This document shows, one piece after another, positions 44,168 through 52,453 of a stretch of DNA of 64,000 nt. The stretch is from Actinomycetota bacterium (lineage in GTDB: Bacteria; Actinomycetota; Thermoleophilia; Gaiellales; Gaiellaceae). How positions within the stretch are numbered: the stretch's first letter is position 1; each line of letters opens with the position of its first letter. A model generated the notes under the pieces. The model was not told where the DNA came from. It did not search any database and saw only the letters and a list, made by a program, of their open reading frames with translations. The position numbers and the translations under genes were made by a program. The stretch lies in contig JBKPTS010000012.1 of NCBI GenBank assembly GCA_046735575.1, positions 5,758-69,757 of the forward strand. Direction: 5' to 3'.

Positions 44168-44475
44168 ACCTCCCGCTCGTCATCGAGCTGACCATCCTCG
44201 TCCTCGCCGCCTTCCTCGGCTTCGAGGTCATCTCCAAGGTGCCGACGATGCTCCACACCCCGCTCATGTCCGGGACGAATTTCATCCACGGGATCGTCGT
44301 CGTGGGCGCGATCCTCGTGCTCGGCGAGGCGGACGACACGTTCACGAAGGTCGTCGGCTTCGTCGCCATGGTCCTCGCCTCCGCGAACGTGGTCGGCGGC
44401 TGGTTCGTCACCGACCGGATGCTGGAGATGTTCAAGCGGCGGCCGGAGCCGAAGAAGGAGGAGCCGACCGAGTGA
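44164..44475 (+). CDS. pntAB: NAD(P) transhydrogenase subunit alpha, part 2 (membrane dII segment)
   Basis: The 103-aa, 3-TM protein carries HTPLMSGTNFIHGIVV. It shows GTGA overlap with pntAA and ATGA-type overlap with pntB. Confidence 0.9.
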   Translation: MNLPLVIELTILVLAAFLGFEVISKVPTMLHTPLMSGTNFIHGIVVVGAILVLGEADDTFTKVVGFVAMVLASANVVGGWFVTDRMLEMFKRRPEPKKEEPTE

Positions 44476-45848
44476 TCTCGGACCCGAACGTCGTCACCCT
44501 CCTCTACCTCGTCTCGATCGTCTGCTTCGTCCTCGCGCTCCGCTTCCTCTCCTCGCCGAAGCACGCGCGGAAGGGGAACTGGCTCGGCGGCGTCGGGATG
44601 ATCGTCGCGATCGTCACCACTCTCCTGCTCGAGGGGATCGGCAACTGGGCGCTGATCGCTCTCGGCGCCGCGATCGGCGGCGCGGTCGGAGTCGTCGGCG
44701 CGCGCAAGGTGAAGATGACCGCGATGCCGCAGATGGTGGCCCTGTTCAACGGGGTCGGGGGTGGCGCCGCGGCATTGGTGGCGCTCGCGGAGTGGCACAA
44801 GACGGCGAGCCCGGGTGGCAGCGAGCGGGTCTCGATCGTCCTCTCGGCGCTCATCGGCTCGATCTCGTTCGCGGGCTCGCTCGTGGCCTTCGGGAAGCTG
44901 CAGGAGCTCGTCAGCGGACGGCCGATCGTGTTCCCCGGCCAGAACGTCGTCGACGGGATCGTGCTCGCGGCCGCGGCCGGCTTCGGCGTCGCCGCGATCG
45001 CCGACGTGAACGGCGACTGGGTGCTCTATGCGTTGATCCTGCTCGCCCTGCTCTTCGGCGTGATGTTCGTGCTCCCCATCGGCGGCGCGGACATGCCTGT
45101 CGTCATCTCGCTGCTCAACGCCTTCACGGGCGTCGCCGCGTCCGCGACCGGCTTCGTCCTCGACTCGACGGTGCTGATCGTCGCCGGGATGCTCGTCGGC
45201 GCGTCCGGCACGCTCCTGACCCTGCTCATGGCGAAGGCCATGAACCGCTCGATCGCGAACGTCGTCTTCGGCGCGTTCGGACAGGTGCAGGCCGGGCCCG
45301 GAGGCGCGCGCGCCGACGACGGCCGGACGGTGCGGGCGACGACGCCCCAGGACGTCGCCGTCCAGCTCTCGTTCGCCCGCAAGGTCATCGTCGTCCCCGG
45401 CTACGGGATGGCCGTCGCGCAGGCGCAGCACGACGTGCGCCAGCTCGCAGACGTGCTGGAGGAGCGCGGCGTCGACGTCAAGTACGCCATCCACCCCGTG
45501 GCGGGGCGCATGCCCGGGCACATGAACGTGCTGCTGGCGGAGGCGAACGTCCCCTACACGCAACTCTTCGAGATGGACGAGATCAACCCGGAGTTCGCGC
45601 AGACGGACGTCGCCCTCGTCATCGGCGCGAACGACGTCACGAACCCGGCGGCGCGCAGCGACACGTCGAGCCCGATCTACGGGATGCCGATCCTCGACGT
45701 GGACAAGGCCGCGAGCATCGTCGTCCTCAAGCGCTCGATGCGGCCCGGATTCGCCGGGATCGACAACGAGCTCTACCTCGACCCGAAGACGACGATGCTC
45801 TTCGGGGACGCGAAGGACTCGGTGCTCAAGCTCATCTCCGCCGTCTAA
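44472..45848 (+). CDS. pntB: NAD(P) transhydrogenase subunit beta
   Basis: It has a multi-TM N-terminal half and a dIII NADP(H) domain (VPGYGMAVAQAQH, HPVAGRMPGHMNVLLAEA, GANDVTNP). Confidence 0.95.
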   Translation: MISDPNVVTLLYLVSIVCFVLALRFLSSPKHARKGNWLGGVGMIVAIVTTLLLEGIGNWALIALGAAIGGAVGVVGARKVKMTAMPQMVALFNGVGGGAAALVALAEWHKTASPGGSERVSIVLSALIGSISFAGSLVAFGKLQELVSGRPIVFPGQNVVDGIVLAAAAGFGVAAIADVNGDWVLYALILLALLFGVMFVLPIGGADMPVVISLLNAFTGVAASATGFVLDSTVLIVAGMLVGASGTLLTLLMAKAMNRSIANVVFGAFGQVQAGPGGARADDGRTVRATTPQDVAVQLSFARKVIVVPGYGMAVAQAQHDVRQLADVLEERGVDVKYAIHPVAGRMPGHMNVLLAEANVPYTQLFEMDEINPEFAQTDVALVIGANDVTNPAARSDTSSPIYGMPILDVDKAASIVVLKRSMRPGFAGIDNELYLDPKTTMLFGDAKDSVLKLISAV

Positions 45849-45866
45849 GCGCTGTAGGCGGCGGCG

Positions 45867-46811
45867 ATGCTGCCCGTCTTCCGGGCCGAGGACGTGCGGC
45901 GGGCGGTGACGCCGCTCGAGGCCTACGAGGCCGTTCGCGCCGCATTCGCCGCGCACGCGCGGGGCGAGTGGACGATGCCGCCGAAGGTCTACGTCACGAG
46001 CTACCCGGCGGGCGACTTCCGGGCGATGCCGGCGCTCGGCGGAGGGCAGGCGCTCCTCAAGTGGGTCACCTCGTTCCCCGGCAATCCCGCCCGCGGGCTG
46101 CCGACCGTGACCGGGCTCGTCCTGCTCTCGGACGCGGACGACGGCCGCCTGCTCGCCGTGCTCGACGCCGCCGCCGTGACGGCCCTGCGGACTGCGGCCG
46201 CTGCGGCGCTCGCGGCGGAGACGCTCGGACGTCCGGATGCGTCGACCTGGGCCGTCGTGGGGGCCGGCGTCAACGGCGCGGAGGCCGCTCGCACGCTCGC
46301 AGCGCTCGGCCGGGCCCCCATCGTCTGGGACCTGGACGAGCGCCGCCGGCGCGAGGTCGCGCAGGAGCTCGGGCTCGAGGTCGCCGAGTCCGCCGAGACG
46401 GCGCTCGCAGCCGACGTCGTGGTGACGGTCACCCCTGGCTCGCAGCCCCTCTTCCGGGTGGGCTCTCTCCGCGCCGGCCAGCACGTCTCGCTCATGGGCG
46501 CGGACGGGCCGGGAAAGGCGGAGGTCGAGCCCGCCGAGCTGCGGCGGGCGCGGCTCTTCTGCGACGACTGGGAGCAGGCATGCTCGAAGGGAATGGGTGA
46601 CATTGGCCAGGCCTACGCAGCCGGGCTCGTCACGCGCGAGGACGTGAGGGAGCTGGGGCAGGTCTTGACCGGCCGAGCCGACGGCCGTCGCAGCGCGCGG
46701 GACATCACGCTGTTCGACAGCAGCGGCCTGGCCATCCAGGACCTGGCCATCGCCAGGCTCGCCTACTCGAAGGTCGACGAGCTCGACGGTCTGCAGCAGA
46801 TCGAGCTGTGA
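45867..46811 (+). CDS. Ornithine cyclodeaminase / mu-crystallin family protein, second paralogue
   Basis: Motifs are LTALRTAAAAALA, the Rossmann segment VVGAGVNG and a C-terminal LFDSSGLAIQD. Confidence 0.8.
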   Translation: MLPVFRAEDVRRAVTPLEAYEAVRAAFAAHARGEWTMPPKVYVTSYPAGDFRAMPALGGGQALLKWVTSFPGNPARGLPTVTGLVLLSDADDGRLLAVLDAAAVTALRTAAAAALAAETLGRPDASTWAVVGAGVNGAEAARTLAALGRAPIVWDLDERRRREVAQELGLEVAESAETALAADVVVTVTPGSQPLFRVGSLRAGQHVSLMGADGPGKAEVEPAELRRARLFCDDWEQACSKGMGDIGQAYAAGLVTREDVRELGQVLTGRADGRRSARDITLFDSSGLAIQDLAIARLAYSKVDELDGLQQIEL

Positions 46812-46852
46812 GCGGGCGGACTTCGTCAGTCCGACCCGGCACGGGCGCGCCG

Positions 46853-47389
46853 TTAGCGCTCGTAGATCACGCGCGAACCGAACGTCCTCGTCTCCAACAG
46901 GTCCAGCCGAAGCTCCTCGGTGACCGGCGGCAGGAAGGGCGTGCCGCCACCGACGACGACCGGATTTCGGAACATGCGCAGCTCGTCGACGAGGCCGAGC
47001 TCGATCGCTGCCGCGGCGAGGCCTGCGCCGCCGATCCCGACATCCTTGTCGGACTGGCCGAGCGCCGCAGCGACCTCCTCGACGAGCGACGCCCGGGCGA
47101 GCCTGGCGTTGCCCTGGACGCTGTCGAGCGAACGGCTGAACACGACCTTGGGGATCGCACACCAGACGTCCGCGAACGCGGCCCCGAGCTCGTCGTCGCG
47201 CAGGGAAGGATCCGTCTCCCACACGACCATGGTCTCGTACAGCCTGCGGCCGCACAGAAAGCCGCCGAGCTCGCGCGTCTGCGCGACGTGGAAACGAAAC
47301 TGATCCTCGCCGGGGAACGACCAGCCGAACGCGCCCTCGCGGTCGGCGATGAAGCCGTCCACCGAGACGCTCATCGAGTAGATCAGCAT
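46853..47389 (-). CDS. Dihydrofolate-reductase-like (RibD C-terminal domain) family protein
   Basis: The start MLIYSMSVSVDGFIA, then GRRLYE and IGGAGLA, and a C-terminal hydrophobic strand are typical of RibD_C proteins. The start was set at the internal ATG. Confidence 0.75.
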   Translation of the reverse strand: MLIYSMSVSVDGFIADREGAFGWSFPGEDQFRFHVAQTRELGGFLCGRRLYETMVVWETDPSLRDDELGAAFADVWCAIPKVVFSRSLDSVQGNARLARASLVEEVAAALGQSDKDVGIGGAGLAAAAIELGLVDELRMFRNPVVVGGGTPFLPPVTEELRLDLLETRTFGSRVIYER

Positions 47390-47527
47390 GACTTCGACCT
47401 CTTCGAGTTCACAACCGAGCTCGACATCGGGCACTCCTTCCTGCGGCGGGCCGCCCTTCCACGGCTTCCGACCGCTCGCGAGACGAAAACTCATCGTCTC
47501 GTGGGTTCAAGCGATCGTACGGCCGTC

Positions 47528-47533
47528 TAGCGT
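47528..47533 (+). promoter_or_regulatory. Candidate -10 hexamer TAGCGT for a leaderless transcript at ATG 47541
   Basis: A TANNNT hexamer lies 7 nt upstream of the start codon. Confidence 0.4.
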
Positions 47534-47540
47534 TCGTGCG

Positions 47541-48170
47541 ATGACGGGATGGCGCAGCCTGAGGCTCGACGACGTCGAGCCGCTTTCCGTAGAGGGGGGC
47601 CGCATCCTCTGGCAGCCGCTCCGGCGGCTGCTCGACGTCGGCGCCTTCGGCATCAACGCGTTCCTCGCCCGCGCGGCGGGCGACGACGTGGTCGAGGAGC
47701 ACACGGAGGAGATGCTCGAGCTCGAGGAGGTCTACGTCGTGCTCGGCGGCCGTGCGACCTTCACCCTCGGGGACGAGACGCTCGACGCACCGGTCGGCAC
47801 CGTCGTCTTCGTCCGCGACCCTGCCCTCCGTCGGCACGCTCGCGCCGAGGAGCCGCAGACGGCCGTGCTGGCCGTCGGCGCGCCACGCGGAGCCGCGTAC
47901 GAGCCGCCGGCCTGGGAGGCGGAGCGCCACCGGGCGGCGGGCGACTTCGACGCCTACGCAGACGAGCTCGTCGAAGCTCTGGAGTCGCGGCCCGACCATC
48001 CCGGGATGCTCTACGTGGTCGCGTGCGCGGAGGCCCTCGCCGGCCGGGAAGACGACGCGGTCGGCCATCTGCGGCGCGCCCTCGAGCTCCGCCCCACGCT
48101 CGCCGAATCCGCGCGTACGAACGAGGATCTGGCGACGCTTCGCGAGCGGCCGGACTGGCCGCTCGTCTGA
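47541..48170 (+). CDS. Hypothetical cupin-like protein with a helical C-terminal extension
   Basis: It has a beta-rich N-terminal half (EEHTEE..LEEVYVVLGGRATFTLG) resembling a cupin barrel and a TPR-like C-terminal segment. The family assignment is not secure. Confidence 0.55.
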   Translation: MTGWRSLRLDDVEPLSVEGGRILWQPLRRLLDVGAFGINAFLARAAGDDVVEEHTEEMLELEEVYVVLGGRATFTLGDETLDAPVGTVVFVRDPALRRHARAEEPQTAVLAVGAPRGAAYEPPAWEAERHRAAGDFDAYADELVEALESRPDHPGMLYVVACAEALAGREDDAVGHLRRALELRPTLAESARTNEDLATLRERPDWPLV

Positions 48171-48173
48171 CCG

Positions 48174-49307
48174 CTACGCGAGGACGAGCCGGCTCGGCTC
48201 GAAGAGGTCGAGCAACGGGTCCGGCTGCCCCTGGAGCGCCTTCGCCACCAGCCTTCCGCAGGCGAACCCGAGAACGTTGCCGTGGCCCGAGTAGCCACCG
48301 GCGACCCAGAGGGCCTCCTCGCCCGGCACGCGACCGACCACGGGCAGGAAGTCGAGCACGAGCCCGAAGATGCCGGCCCAGCGGAAGTCGACCCGCAGCT
48401 TGCGGCCGAAGAGCGACTCCGCGAACTCCTCGAGCGCGGCCTGCACGACGGGGGTCGTCACCTCGTCCGCGGTGAACTCATCCTGCAGGGAGACGTCTCG
48501 GAAGCCCCCCGCGACGAGGCGGCCGTCCGCCGTCTGATGCCAGTAGTCGAACCCGTGGCGCCCGTAGTGCGGCGTCTCGAAGTACCGCTCCTCGAGCGGC
48601 TCCGTCGCGATGATCTGGCCCCGCGTCGGGACGATGAGACCCTCGAGCGGGCCGAGGACTCCGCTCGGGTAGCCGTCGGTGGCGACGACCACCTGCTCGG
48701 CCTCCGTCTCCAGCGCGCTCTTGACGCGCGTGTGCTCCCGGATCTCCACGCCGGCCTCTGCCGCGAGCCTCGCGAGCCGGCGCACCAGCCGCGCCGGCTG
48801 CAGGACGCCGTCGTCCGGGTGGAGGATCGCCGCCGGGTACCGCTCGCGGATGGGCGGCGCGAGCTCGTCCGCCCACTCCACCGCGAACCCGTCCTCCTCG
48901 AGCGCCGCGAGCTCCTGCGCGAGCTCGAGCCGCTCCTCCTCGTCGGCCGCGATCCGCAGGCTGCCCGTCCGGCGAAACGCGTCTCCGGCGAGCTCGGCGA
49001 GACGATCGAGCTCGGCCTCCGTCCAGCGCCAGAGAGCAGCGGCGCGGTCGCGTCCGATCGCCTCCGCGAGCACCGGATACGGCGCCGCGCCGCCTCGCAG
49101 GGCGAAGCCGCCGTTCCGTCCGCTCGCCCCGCCGGCGATCTCGCGCGCCTCGTACAGACGCACGCGAAGCCCCGCCTCCGCGAGCGCGAGCGCGCAGGAG
49201 CAGCCTGTCATCCCGCCGCCCACGACCGCGACCTGCGGACGCCCGGCGAGCTCGACCCGCGGGAGGCGCTCGTGCGGCTCCGAGAGCCAGTACGAGGTCG
49301 TGGGCAC
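48174..49307 (-). CDS. FAD-dependent oxidoreductase (DAO / glycine- or D-amino-acid-oxidase-like family)
   Basis: Carries the dinucleotide motif VAVVGGGMTGCSCALALAEAG, then GASGRNGG and a C-terminal GGYSGHG. Confidence 0.85.
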   Translation of the reverse strand: MPTTSYWLSEPHERLPRVELAGRPQVAVVGGGMTGCSCALALAEAGLRVRLYEAREIAGGASGRNGGFALRGGAAPYPVLAEAIGRDRAAALWRWTEAELDRLAELAGDAFRRTGSLRIAADEEERLELAQELAALEEDGFAVEWADELAPPIRERYPAAILHPDDGVLQPARLVRRLARLAAEAGVEIREHTRVKSALETEAEQVVVATDGYPSGVLGPLEGLIVPTRGQIIATEPLEERYFETPHYGRHGFDYWHQTADGRLVAGGFRDVSLQDEFTADEVTTPVVQAALEEFAESLFGRKLRVDFRWAGIFGLVLDFLPVVGRVPGEEALWVAGGYSGHGNVLGFACGRLVAKALQGQPDPLLDLFEPSRLVLA

Positions 49308-49328
49308 GGCGCCTGATCCTACGTCCGG

Positions 49329-50180
49329 CTAGATGCACGCGCGGTAGACGCCGTCGTCGAGCGCGACGAGCTTCGCGAGCTCGAGCTCGACGAGGGCGGC
49401 AGACGCCTCCCCGGAGTCGAGGCCGGAGGAGCGGACGAGCTCGTCCGCCGTGAGGGCGCCCTCGCGCAGGCGCTCGAGCAGCGACGCCGCCGCGGCGCCC
49501 AGCGTGGCGTTCACGTGTGCCCGGGGCTCGAGCCCGTACGCCTCGAGCACGTCCTGCGCCGAGGTCACCGGCGTCGCTCCGAGGCGGAGCAGCGCGTTCG
49601 TCCCGCCCGAGAGCGCGCTCGTGATCTCGCCTGGCACGGCGAGCACCTCCCGCCCTTCCTCGAGCGCGAAGTCGGCCGTGATGAGCGCTCCGCTGCGTTC
49701 GCGCGCCTCGACCACGACCGTCGCGCGGCAAAGGCCGGCGATGATCCTGTTTCGGGCCGGAAAGCGCCAGGGCGCGGGCTCGACCCCCGGCTCGTACTCG
49801 GAGACGAGCAGGCCTCGCTCGCAGATGCGCCGCGCGAGCTCCGCGTGCGCCGCCGGGTAGTCGCGGTCGATCCCGCAGCCGAGGACGGCGCAGGTGATGC
49901 CGCCGGCCTCGAGGGCGCCACGGTGGGCCTCGCCGTCGACGCCGCGCGCCATCCCGCTCACGACGACCAGCCCGGCCGCCGTGAGCTCACGTGCGAGCGA
50001 GCGGGCGACGGAGCGCCCATAGGACGAACAGGCACGGGCTCCCACGATCGCGACCGCGGGCTCGGAGAGCGCCTCGACCGATCCCGATCCGCGCACGTAG
50101 AGCCGCCGCGGCGGGTCGTGGATCGCCGCCAGCAGCGCGGGGAACAGGGCGTCGCGCCGCTCGACGCGGCGGACGCTCAC
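49329..50180 (-). CDS. dprA: DNA-processing protein DprA (Smf)
   Basis: Motifs are VSGMARGVDGEAHRGAL, FPARNRIIAGL and ERSGALITA. GTGA overlap with the comM stop. Confidence 0.9.
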   Translation of the reverse strand: MSVRRVERRDALFPALLAAIHDPPRRLYVRGSGSVEALSEPAVAIVGARACSSYGRSVARSLARELTAAGLVVVSGMARGVDGEAHRGALEAGGITCAVLGCGIDRDYPAAHAELARRICERGLLVSEYEPGVEPAPWRFPARNRIIAGLCRATVVVEARERSGALITADFALEEGREVLAVPGEITSALSGGTNALLRLGATPVTSAQDVLEAYGLEPRAHVNATLGAAAASLLERLREGALTADELVRSSGLDSGEASAALVELELAKLVALDDGVYRACI

Positions 50181-51643
50181 GAGCTCGGGAGCTCCGTCGG
50201 CATACGGTAGGAGAGCGCTTCCGCCACATGCCCGGGCTCGACCGCCGCGGAGCCGGCGAGGGCGGCGATCGTACGCGCGACGCGGGCGACGCGCACGCGG
50301 CCGCGGCCCGAGAGCGGGAGCCGGTCGACCGCGCTCGACAGCAGCTCCGACGCCGCTTCCGTTCGCCGCGGGAGCGTCTCGCCCAGCCGCCGGCGGGCCT
50401 CGACGACGCGCTCTCGCACGGCCCCCGACTCCTCCCCGGGCGGAGCGGCGAGCTCGAGCGCACGGGGCCGCGGCATCGCGACCGCGAGATCGAACCGGTC
50501 GAGCAGGGCGCGGGAGAGCTTCTCCCGGTACGCGGCCAGCCGCTGCGCGCTGCAGCCGCACTCGACGGCGGGGTCGCCGCGGCCGCCGCACGGGCACAGG
50601 TTCATCGTCCCCACGAGCTGGAACCGCGCCGGGAAGAGCGCGTGCCCGCCGACACGCGCCACGGCGACGACTCCGTCCTCGAGCGGCTGCCGGAGCGCCT
50701 CGAGCACGGAGCGCGAGAACTCGGGCAGCTCGTCGAGGAGGAGGACGCCTCGGTGCGCGAGTGAGACCTCGCCGGGACGGGGGCCCGCTCCGCCGCCGAT
50801 GACCGCCGGTGCCGAGGCGCCGTGGTGCGGCGCGCGGAACGGCGGCTCCGTCACCAGCGGACGCTCCGGAGGGAGCAGGCCGACGACCGAATGGATGCGC
50901 GTCACCTCGAGCGCCTCCTGCCTGTTCAGGCGTGGGAGGACGGTCGGCAGGCGGCGTGCGAGCATCGTCTTGCCCGTGCCGGGCGGGCCCGCGAGCAGGA
51001 GGTTGTGCGAGCCCGCGGCGGCGATCTCCAGCGCGCGCCTCGCACGCTCCTGTCCCCGGACGTCGCCGAGATCGGCGTCGCCCCGCGGCTCGAGCTCGGC
51101 GGGCGGGACCGGATCGAAGGCCGGCGGGTCGATCTCGCCGCGCAGGTAGGCGACCGCCTCGGCCAGGTGCCGAACCGGGACCGGCTCGATCCCGGCGAGC
51201 GCCGCCTCGGCCGCCGACTCCGCCGCGCAGACGACGTGGGTGAAGCCGGCGCGGCGGGCGCCCTCCGCGACCGCGAGCGTGCCGGCGACGGGACGGATCC
51301 GCCCGTCGAGCGCGAGCTCCCCCACGGAGGCGTGCGCAGCGAGCCGCTCCGGCGGGAGCTGGCGAGTCGCCGCGAGCACTGCGAGGGAGATCGGAAGGTC
51401 GAAGCCGGAGCCCTCCTTCCGCAGCGCGGCGGGCGCGAGGTTGACCGTGATGCGCCGGCTGTGCGGCCACTCGAGCGACGCCGAGACGACGCCGCTGCGG
51501 ACACGGTGCTTCGCCTCCTGGCAGGCGCGGTCCGCGAGGCCGACGATCGCGAAGCCCGGGATCCCGCTCTGGAGGTGGGCCTCGACCTCGACCTTGCGTG
51601 GCTCGAGGCCCACCAGCACCTGGGTGACCGCCCGCGCCAGCAC
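50177..51643 (-). CDS. comM: Mg-chelatase-like AAA+ ATPase ComM/YifB
   Basis: It has an N-terminal Lon-protease-like domain (GLPGFAIVGL), Walker A LLAGPPGTGKTMLA and Walker B LLLDELPEF. Confidence 0.9.
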   Translation of the reverse strand: MLARAVTQVLVGLEPRKVEVEAHLQSGIPGFAIVGLADRACQEAKHRVRSGVVSASLEWPHSRRITVNLAPAALRKEGSGFDLPISLAVLAATRQLPPERLAAHASVGELALDGRIRPVAGTLAVAEGARRAGFTHVVCAAESAAEAALAGIEPVPVRHLAEAVAYLRGEIDPPAFDPVPPAELEPRGDADLGDVRGQERARRALEIAAAGSHNLLLAGPPGTGKTMLARRLPTVLPRLNRQEALEVTRIHSVVGLLPPERPLVTEPPFRAPHHGASAPAVIGGGAGPRPGEVSLAHRGVLLLDELPEFSRSVLEALRQPLEDGVVAVARVGGHALFPARFQLVGTMNLCPCGGRGDPAVECGCSAQRLAAYREKLSRALLDRFDLAVAMPRPRALELAAPPGEESGAVRERVVEARRRLGETLPRRTEAASELLSSAVDRLPLSGRGRVRVARVARTIAALAGSAAVEPGHVAEALSYRMPTELPSS

Positions 51644-51744
51644 CGTCGTTCGACGGTAGGCGCGAGCCCGTTACGAGAGCGCGTCCTCTCTACGTCAAGT
51701 GTGTGCCGGGTCGAGGACCTCCGGTGCCGCCGCTTCCAAGCCGG

Positions 51745-52365
51745 TTACGCGTAGCAGAGGACGTAGAGCGTGAACGTGTGATCCTGTCCGTCCCGCGCGT
51801 TGTTCGCGCCCCTCGCCGTCCAGCCGGTGACCGTGCCGCTCGTGGTCAACGGCTTCATGTACACGGTCGCGAGCTCGAGGTCGTCGGCGTCGGCACTCCA
51901 GCCCGTGCCGGCGGACATCGCCTTCTCGCCGGAGTTGCAGTTGACCGTGACGGCGCGCGTGACCCATTTCGTGTTCGGCGTCGGGTCGTCCGACGCGGAT
52001 CCCGGCACGGTGACCGAGCCCTGACGGACGGTGACGTTGGCGACCGTCCCTGCAGGCCCGGCAGGCCCCGCAGGTCCCGCCGGCCCGGCAGGCCCCTGGG
52101 GACCGGTCGGCCCGGCCGGAAGCTGCCCGACCGCGAAGTCGGCGCGGAGCAGCGACCGGTTCTTCACCTTCGCCGAGGTGACGGCGTTGTTCCTGATCTT
52201 GGTGTTGGTCACGGAGTTCGGCTTCAGCTGGAGCGGGCCCACGCTGTTTCGCGGGACCACGGCGTCGACCGCTGCCACCCCCGTCCCTGTCAGCGCGACG
52301 AGGAGCGCGAGCGAAGCCACGACGAGAGCCGGCGAGGGACGCCGGCGGGAAAGCAAATTCCGCAT
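51745..52365 (-). CDS. Secreted collagen-like / tail-fibre-like repeat protein
   Basis: It has a signal peptide, two N.VT..K[IV][KR]N repeats (NSVTNTKIRN, NAVTSAKVKN), eight Gly-X-Y triplets (GPTGPQGPAGPAGPAGPAGPAGTV) and a roughly 95-aa C-terminal beta-rich domain. GC content appears lower than in neighbouring genes. Confidence 0.7.
   Translation of the reverse strand: MRNLLSRRRPSPALVVASLALLVALTGTGVAAVDAVVPRNSVGPLQLKPNSVTNTKIRNNAVTSAKVKNRSLLRADFAVGQLPAGPTGPQGPAGPAGPAGPAGPAGTVANVTVRQGSVTVPGSASDDPTPNTKWVTRAVTVNCNSGEKAMSAGTGWSADADDLELATVYMKPLTTSGTVTGWTARGANNARDGQDHTFTLYVLCYA
52042..52113 (-). repeat. Collagen-like Gly-X-Y coding repeat (8 triplets) inside the secreted protein gene
   Basis: It is directly visible as reiterated GGCCC/GCAGG units on the plus strand and as GPx triplets in the translation (aa 85-108). 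Confidence 0.8.
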
Positions 52366-52453
52366 GTTCTGCCCCCTTCTCGGGTTTCCGGGGAGGGAGG
52401 CTAGCGACGGCCTCGGAGGGCTCCCCTCGCGCCGCGCGGCTCCTTACGGATCG

